Shown here one piece after another: positions 57,790-64,000 of a stretch of DNA of 64,000 bases. This DNA comes from Candidatus Uhrbacteria bacterium (GTDB lineage: Bacteria > Patescibacteriota > Patescibacteriia > UBA9934): assembly GCA_018664485.1 (NCBI GenBank), contig JABJOE010000002.1:11896-75895 (forward strand). The letters are read 5' to 3'. Made by a program: the position numbers and the translations under genes. A model generated the notes under the pieces. The model ran no database searches. It was given only the letters and a program-made list of their open reading frames with translations, and was not told where the DNA came from. The first letter of the stretch is position 1; each line of letters opens with the position of its first letter.

Positions 57790-58194
57790 CTACAGGCTTG
57801 TTTCTTGCAATATTCGCACAATAGCGTCGAGTGGAAGTGATGCGAGGTTCTTTGGAATTACCTCTACAATCATTTTCATTACATCCGGGTGCATTTCTTC
57901 TACTAGTGCATTTTTGTGAGCTTCTGGTGCGCACAGGAGAATCTCTTCATCTTCACCCTGAACGTACACCATTAGTTTCTTGTTTAGGTCCTTGTACAGG
58001 TCTTGCCGAACGCGGTGTCGGACTTCATCTGACGGGGAACTTCCTTCTCCAGGTGATTCAATCTCTTCCCCCTCAAGTACCTCAATCTCTTCTATTTCTT
58101 TTTCGAATGCTCGAAAGATTTTTGCCACCTCGTTGTTTGTAACTACGATAAGTGTGCGTTTTGGATAGCCGAGATAATGATTTGAAATCTGCAT
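57790..58194 (-). CDS. Host-attachment / baeRF-like family protein
   Basis: TLIVVTN...AKIF and ILLCAP...KNLASLP pattern. Confidence 0.55.
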   Translation of the reverse strand: MQISNHYLGYPKRTLIVVTNNEVAKIFRAFEKEIEEIEVLEGEEIESPGEGSSPSDEVRHRVRQDLYKDLNKKLMVYVQGEDEEILLCAPEAHKNALVEEMHPDVMKMIVEVIPKNLASLPLDAIVRILQETSL

Positions 58195-58368
58195 AGTAGG
58201 GGTTACGTGTTTGAACTAATTCGACATTGCAGGTTATTCCAGAGTGTAGTCACAGACGTTTCTATGACGGAAACTAATTTTAAAACTGCAAATGCTTCGA
58301 ACGACTATATACATTATAGCTTTTTGTGCGCGTGAGGTCGAGTTGAAACGTGATATACTCGGAGCGAT

Positions 58369-59070
58369 ATGGAAGGAGGATTACGTGTGCGCGCAGGCGC
58401 CTTCATGCGGGAAATTGTTTTTGGACTCGAGGATAGTCTCGTGTCGACGTTAGGTGCTGTGACCGGAATTGCGGTTGGTACCGGAAATCGATACGTGGTG
58501 ATTCTTTCGGGCTTAGTTTTAATTGCTGTTGAAGCGTTGTCGATGTCGGCAGGTAGTTATCTCTCTTCAAAATCGGCACGAGAAGTTTTTGACCGAAGGC
58601 TTAAGCAAGATCAATCGCGTTTACTTCAAGAGCGGGTGGATGACGATACTACGTTTGCGAATGTTCTTAAAAAAGCAAAACTTTCAGCGAAAGATCAGAG
58701 CAAGGTTCTCTCAGCGCTTGGAAAAGAACGAAAGCTTTGGATGAAAGAAGTACAGCGCTGTGAACATAGGTTCGCGCCAGCTGTTTCATCGTCACCAGTA
58801 ACGTCAGGAATTGTGATGGGATTATTTTATCTTTTGGGTGGAGGTATTCCGCTGATTGCATATTTGGTTTTGCCAGTTGAGGATGCGATGATTCCGTCAA
58901 TTGTTATTACCGGAATAGTATTGTTTGCTGTTGGAGTTTTGAAGGCTCGTTATGTGCAGGGCCACTGGCTAAAGAGTGGGATGGAGATGATGCTAGTATC
59001 ACTTACGGCTGCACTCTTAGGGTTCTTGATTGGTAATTTGGCCGCAGGTTTTTTAGGGGTTTCGATATAA
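58369..59070 (+). CDS. VIT1/CCC1 family iron/manganese transporter
   Basis: EIVFGLEDSLVS, SMSAGSYLS, GGGIPLIAY. Confidence 0.9.
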   Translation: MEGGLRVRAGAFMREIVFGLEDSLVSTLGAVTGIAVGTGNRYVVILSGLVLIAVEALSMSAGSYLSSKSAREVFDRRLKQDQSRLLQERVDDDTTFANVLKKAKLSAKDQSKVLSALGKERKLWMKEVQRCEHRFAPAVSSSPVTSGIVMGLFYLLGGGIPLIAYLVLPVEDAMIPSIVITGIVLFAVGVLKARYVQGHWLKSGMEMMLVSLTAALLGFLIGNLAAGFLGVSI

Positions 59071-59073
59071 AGT

Positions 59074-60069
59074 ATGTTTTTGCATAGATTGGGAAAATCA
59101 CATGCGCCGGAGTTTCCAGGGAAGCTTACTTGGCTTAACAGCGATCCGCTTACGTTAAAGTCGTTGCGCGGAGAAGTTGTTTTGATCGATTTTTGGACGT
59201 ATTCATGTGTGAATTGTGTTCGAACATTCCCACATATTAGTGATTGGCATAAGCGCTACGGTGACAAAGGGCTGACAATAATTGGAGTTCATACACCAGA
59301 GTTTGATTTTGAGCATGACGAAAAAAATGTTCAAAGAGCCCTGAAGCAATTCAAGCTTAAGTACCCAGTTGTTTTAGATCCTGACTATGCTATTTGGAAT
59401 TTGTATTCGAATCGTTGGTGGCCACGGCATTTTCTTATAAATAAGGACGGATCAATCGTGTACGACCATGTTGGAGAAGGCGGATATGCGGAAACGGAGA
59501 TGGCGATTCAGCGCGCACTCGGCGAGATCGGTGTAACGGACCTTCCACCCGTGGCGCCAGACATGGGGTCTGCCGGTGGAATTTGTTACCGCACAACGCC
59601 TGAGACCTATCTTGGTTATGTGCGTGGGAAATTTGCGAACGCTCAAGGTATCGCACCAAACACAGAAGAGTCGTTTACTGTAGACGGAGATTTCGCACCG
59701 GACAAGGTGTATCTTCACGGTCATTTCAAAATCGAAAAGGAGGGGGTGGTTCACGGGCGTGCGCTTCCTGCGGCGAATGAATACCTAGCACTTCGCTACA
59801 GTGCTTTTTCTGTGAATCTTGTTACGGGGTCCACAAATAATCGAAAAGCAAAGATAGAAATTCTTTTAGATGAGCAGCCTCTTCCAGAAGATATGGCCGG
59901 GGACGATGTTGTTATGGAGGGAGGTAAGGCGATTGCATATGTTAACGCACATCGCATGTATAAGCTTATTGATTCGGACGCATACCACCAAGGAGTATTA
60001 AAGTTAAAAACAGCATCAGACAATCTTGAGATGTTTGCCTTCACTTTTGGGGGTTGCAAAGGGCAATAA
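59074..60069 (+). CDS. DipZ-like thioredoxin (redoxin) protein, soluble
   Basis: DFWTYSCVNC, GVHTPEF, GEGGY, TPETYLG, FAFTFG. Confidence 0.88.
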   Translation: MFLHRLGKSHAPEFPGKLTWLNSDPLTLKSLRGEVVLIDFWTYSCVNCVRTFPHISDWHKRYGDKGLTIIGVHTPEFDFEHDEKNVQRALKQFKLKYPVVLDPDYAIWNLYSNRWWPRHFLINKDGSIVYDHVGEGGYAETEMAIQRALGEIGVTDLPPVAPDMGSAGGICYRTTPETYLGYVRGKFANAQGIAPNTEESFTVDGDFAPDKVYLHGHFKIEKEGVVHGRALPAANEYLALRYSAFSVNLVTGSTNNRKAKIEILLDEQPLPEDMAGDDVVMEGGKAIAYVNAHRMYKLIDSDAYHQGVLKLKTASDNLEMFAFTFGGCKGQ

Positions 60070-60090
60070 ATTGCTATAAAGTCCAGCCCT

Positions 60091-61296
60091 ATGGCTAACC
60101 GCGAGGTGTACCTCGATCATGCAGCTACAACACCAATTGACGAGCGGGTGCTTGGAAGCATGCGGCCGTTTCTTTTAGAGAACTTTGGAAACCCCTCAAG
60201 TTTCCACATGATGGGAAAGGTTGTGCGAGATGCGATCGATGATGCGCGCGAAAAAGTCGCTGTTGCGCTCGGTGCTCGACCAGATGAAATTCTTTTCACG
60301 TCTGGCGGTTCTGAATCTGACAATCTTGCGGTGTTGGGTGTAGCGCGAGCGCACATTGAGCACGGAAAACATATCGTGAGTTTGCGCACGGAACACCAGG
60401 CAGTCGCCGAGCCGCTTTACCATCTTGAAAAGAAAGAAGGCTTTGAAGTTACTTATGTCGATGTTGATAGAGAAGGCCTAGTCGACGCGCAAGCAGTTAT
60501 TGATGCTATCCGACCCGACACTACACTGGTCACTATTTTATATGCGAACAATGAGATTGGAGTCATCCAGCCAATTTCAGAGATCGGAAACAAAATTCAA
60601 AAGATGCGCGAGGAGACCAAAACTCGCTATCCACTTTTTCACACGGATGCATGTCAGGCTGTCGGTACACTAGAGGTCGACGTAAACAAACTGCATGTCG
60701 ATTTAATGACAATAAACAGCTCAAAGATTTACGGACCAAAAGGTGTTGGCGCACTGTACGTTCATCGTGGAATCAAGCTTCGGTCTTTGCAATTCGGTGG
60801 AGCACAGGAGCGCGGAATTCGTCCAGGTACGGAAAACGTTATTGGAATTGTTGGTTTTGGAACGGCTATCGAGATTGCCGCGGAGGAGCGTGAGCAGTAT
60901 AACGAAAAAGTTACGCCTCTTCGTGACTATTGTATTGAGCAGCTTCTGTCAGTCATACCTAAAACTCGCCTGAACGGTCACCCCACAAAACGGTTAGCAA
61001 ACAATGTAAACATTTCCTTCATGGACGTTGAAGGGGAGGCGCTTTTACTGTATTTAGATGCGTCTGGAATTTACGCCTCAACCGGCTCAGCGTGTACGAG
61101 CGCGTCGTTGGACCCAAGTCATGTTATATTGGCGCTTGGATTGCCATACGAGGTAGCACACGGGAGCCTACGCTTCTCGCTAGGACGTTCAACAACGAAA
61201 GAAGACATTGATTATCTTGTGGCGACGCTGCCAGCACTCGTTGAAAGGCTACGAAAGATCAGCCCTGTGAGTGTGGACGAAAAATATTTCCGGTAA
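60091..61296 (+). CDS. iscS: Cysteine desulfurase IscS/NifS
   Basis: YLDHAATT, SSKIYGPKG, STGSACTS. Confidence 0.95.
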   Translation: MANREVYLDHAATTPIDERVLGSMRPFLLENFGNPSSFHMMGKVVRDAIDDAREKVAVALGARPDEILFTSGGSESDNLAVLGVARAHIEHGKHIVSLRTEHQAVAEPLYHLEKKEGFEVTYVDVDREGLVDAQAVIDAIRPDTTLVTILYANNEIGVIQPISEIGNKIQKMREETKTRYPLFHTDACQAVGTLEVDVNKLHVDLMTINSSKIYGPKGVGALYVHRGIKLRSLQFGGAQERGIRPGTENVIGIVGFGTAIEIAAEEREQYNEKVTPLRDYCIEQLLSVIPKTRLNGHPTKRLANNVNISFMDVEGEALLLYLDASGIYASTGSACTSASLDPSHVILALGLPYEVAHGSLRFSLGRSTTKEDIDYLVATLPALVERLRKISPVSVDEKYFR

Positions 61297-61306
61297 AGAT
61301 ACACTT

Positions 61307-61924
61307 ATGGCAATGGAAGGAACACATGTTAGATTCGCTCGCGAGTTGTTGGAGGTTGCTGACGTCACAGACATACAAGCATACTATTCAGGAGCCGTTT
61401 ACCCCGATTCTCGTTATATTACCGGAGTTGCTCGAGAGGTTGTGCACCCGAGAGGCGTTTCCTTACCTGAGGACTTTGAGGGAAAGAGCGATTTTGAGAA
61501 AGGTTGGCTTACGCACGCTTACTATGATGAACATGCCGGTGGAAGGTTGAAAGAAATGTTCGGAATTGAAAAAATAGGGCAAGGAGATGATGCCTGGGTT
61601 AAGGTGACGGCAGCAAAAATGATAGAGGAGCTGGCATCTTTGAAAGTTTTGGGTGACAACGTGAAAGTATTTTCTGCACTTTCTTTTGCGGAGAGTCCAA
61701 ACGGTGAAAAGAGAGAACTTCTTAAAAAATATTACAAAATTCAGAACGGTTATTGTGCTAACGGTTCTGGAAGGGTAGAAAATTTCACGGACATCTATCG
61801 TGCGTTTGTTTCAGAGGGGATGTGGGGAGATCTTATTAAAACAACGGAGTCGCTTAGCGCAGATAACGAGATAGTGAAAAAGATCGAGGCAATTTATCCA
61901 GCAGTTGTTTCCAAAATTATATGA
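61307..61924 (+). CDS. Hypothetical metal-dependent hydrolase (Zn phospholipase C-like motifs)
   Basis: TH...GAVYPD...H...GWLTHAYYD. Confidence 0.55.
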   Translation: MAMEGTHVRFARELLEVADVTDIQAYYSGAVYPDSRYITGVAREVVHPRGVSLPEDFEGKSDFEKGWLTHAYYDEHAGGRLKEMFGIEKIGQGDDAWVKVTAAKMIEELASLKVLGDNVKVFSALSFAESPNGEKRELLKKYYKIQNGYCANGSGRVENFTDIYRAFVSEGMWGDLIKTTESLSADNEIVKKIEAIYPAVVSKII

Positions 61925-62592
61925 ACGATCACGTATTGCCGCCAATCAAAGGCTCAGGAGGAGACGTTGCCTCACAAGATAAGAAGCAGTCTTGGTTTTA
62001 TTCGGATATTGTAAAAGAACATTTCTTTAATCCGAAAAACTTTTTGGATCGTGACATAAAGGAGGGCGAGTTTAACGCAATGGGAAAGGTTGGGTCTCCC
62101 GCATGTGGAGACGAACTTAAGGTGTGGCTCAACGTCGGAGAAGACGAGAAAATTCTGGACTTTAAATGGAAGACATTCGGTTGTGGGTCTGCAATCGCCA
62201 GCACGTCGATCGCTTCTGTGATGGTTATTGAAAACGGTGGAATGACATTGTCGGAAGCTCGCAAGATTAAGCCTCAGGACATTATGAAAAGGCTTGGTGG
62301 ACTTCCTCAGCGTAAATTTCATTGCAGTGTTTTGTGCGACAAGGCTTTGCGTGATGCTATAAACGACTATTATCGTCGTACCGATCAGATTGATAAGATA
62401 CAGGTTGAGGCAGCGCGAATTATTGACCCTGTGTCGAAGGTGACTGACCGTGATATTGAGGAGGCGGTGCTCGAGGGTGCTATAACGCTCGAGGCTGTGC
62501 AGAAGAAAACTAAAGCAGGAGTTGGTAACCCAGGGGTTTTACCAGCGATTGAAGAGTTGATACGCTTTTACAAAGATAAGTATTTCGGCTAA
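61921..62592 (+). CDS. nifU: Fe-S scaffold NifU/IscU with degenerate BFD-like domain
   Basis: HFFNPKN, PACGD, FGCGSAIAS, HCSVL. Confidence 0.9.
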   Translation: MNDHVLPPIKGSGGDVASQDKKQSWFYSDIVKEHFFNPKNFLDRDIKEGEFNAMGKVGSPACGDELKVWLNVGEDEKILDFKWKTFGCGSAIASTSIASVMVIENGGMTLSEARKIKPQDIMKRLGGLPQRKFHCSVLCDKALRDAINDYYRRTDQIDKIQVEAARIIDPVSKVTDRDIEEAVLEGAITLEAVQKKTKAGVGNPGVLPAIEELIRFYKDKYFG

Positions 62593-62680
62593 ACTGGACT
62601 CGCAACGTAGCGATCTGTCCTATTTTAAAGGGGGACACGATATGTGCGGCAAAAGAATTTTCTTCCAATAAAATAAGACT

Positions 62681-62947
62681 ATGAAATTGACTATCAAAGT
62701 AGATCCAGACCTGTGTATTGGTGCAGCTAGTTGTGTAACTATTGATCCGGCGACTTTTCTATTAAACGAAGAGAATAAGGTTTACGTACTTGACCACGGC
62801 GAGGCTCCTGGAGGACAGGTTTATGAGCGCGTAATCGAGATGACAGAAGATGAAAAAGAAACATTGATTTTGTCAGCTCAGTCATGCCCAACTCTCGCAA
62901 TTTTCATATACGATGAAGCTGGCGAGCAGATTTATCCAGACATGTAG
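62681..62947 (+). CDS. Ferredoxin (single cluster, 3Fe-4S-like motif)
   Basis: CIGAASC...CP. Confidence 0.88.
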   Translation: MKLTIKVDPDLCIGAASCVTIDPATFLLNEENKVYVLDHGEAPGGQVYERVIEMTEDEKETLILSAQSCPTLAIFIYDEAGEQIYPDM

Positions 62948-62953
62948 ACCGTT

Positions 62954-64000
62954 ATGGCTAAACAGTTTGTTATTATTGGTGGCGGAATTGCGGGGACGAC
63001 AGCCGCTGACCAAATTCGTAAAATCGATGCAGACGCATCCATTACAATAATCGACGAGGAGTTTCACCCTCTGTATTCGCGCATCTTGCTCGTGCATTAC
63101 CTTGAAGAAAAGGTTCCACGCGAGCGAGTTTTTATGAAGAAGTTAGAGTGGTATACCAAAAATAACATTGAGCTGATGAGCGGTGTGATTGCAAAGGCAA
63201 TAGACACCAAAAACAAATTTGTTACAACAAGTGACGATCGAGAGCTTCCTTACGACGAACTACTTATTACAACGGGTGGGGAGCTGCGAATGATAGAAGA
63301 CGATAGGCGCGGCATTGCTTATTTTAGAAGCATGGATGACGCTGATTATATTTTGAAACTTGTTAACGAGTTGCGTGCGCAGCCAAAGAAGGACTGGCAT
63401 GGACTGATTTACGGAGGAGGCTTCATTGCCATTGAATTTATAAAAATATTCGATCACTATAATATTCCGATGACCATCATGATGCGTGGTGACGGTTTCT
63501 GGTCACGTGTATTGAGCGACCACTCCAAGAAAGTGCTCGCAGATCACGCAAAGGCTGGCGGGGTTACGATTATAAACGGAGTGAAGGAGTTTGATTTTAT
63601 CGGAGAAGGTGACTTTGAGGGTGTTGTCGTTGACGGAAAAGAAATTAAAGGGCAGATGCTTGGAGTCGGAATCGGCATGCAGAGCAAGGCTGCGTTCGTG
63701 CGCGAGGCGGGTATTGAGATGGACCAAGGTATTGTTGCAAACTCATTTCTCGAAACTAGCACGGACAACGTGTATACTGCAGGAGACATTGCACAGTATG
63801 AAGATGTGTCTGCGGGCCGATCAATGGTTGCCGGTAACTGGATGAAGGCCGTGATGCAAGGGCGCGTGGTCGCACAGACAATGACGGGGACGCGGACAGA
63901 GTTCGAGCTCGTTTCATCCTATTCAACACATTTGATGGGGAAGGAGATCGTATTTATTGGTGACACGGACCGTAGTGCTGCTGATAAAGTTGTTCAGCAC
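62954..64000 (+). CDS. FAD-dependent NAD(P)H oxidoreductase (ferredoxin/rubredoxin reductase-like), truncated by window end
   Basis: Manual translation MAKQFVIIGGGIAGTTAA; LLITTG; YGGGFIAIE; VYTAGD. Confidence 0.88.
   Translation, partial: MAKQFVIIGGGIAGTTAADQIRKIDADASITIIDEEFHPLYSRILLVHYLEEKVPRERVFMKKLEWYTKNNIELMSGVIAKAIDTKNKFVTTSDDRELPYDELLITTGGELRMIEDDRRGIAYFRSMDDADYILKLVNELRAQPKKDWHGLIYGGGFIAIEFIKIFDHYNIPMTIMMRGDGFWSRVLSDHSKKVLADHAKAGGVTIINGVKEFDFIGEGDFEGVVVDGKEIKGQMLGVGIGMQSKAAFVREAGIEMDQGIVANSFLETSTDNVYTAGDIAQYEDVSAGRSMVAGNWMKAVMQGRVVAQTMTGTRTEFELVSSYSTHLMGKEIVFIGDTDRSAADKVVQH

Overview
The window is the replication-origin region of a small-genome bacterium. Gene content and order (rpmH-rnpA-yidD / dnaA-dnaN, rpsO-NYN-pnp, H+-PPase, giant acidic surface proteins, 'LMGAGC' lipoprotein, housekeeping genes without Shine-Dalgarno sites) suggest a Patescibacterium (CPR); this is an inference. 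It contains about 55 CDS, four tRNAs (Arg-CCT, His-GTG, Arg-TCT, Cys-GCA), oriC between dnaA and dnaN, two further DnaA-box clusters, two parS sites, an 11.8-kb surface-protein operon and an Fe-S/redox operon. No rRNA, CRISPR array or transposase was seen. Main findings: (1) seven scattered orphan 'cassette' genes that differ from native genes in being mostly GC-richer and SD-led, having their own TTGAC[A/G] promoter where visible, and ending in a GC hairpin followed by TGC(A/T) instead of a U-tract; two are 37%-identical tandem paralogs with near-identical flanks. (2) A ~360-nt multi-branched non-coding transcript behind a DnaA-box cluster. (3) A four-helix-bundle gene enclosed by inverted 8-mer arrays. 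(4) Several other candidate structured RNAs. All folds, alignments and counts were done by eye.
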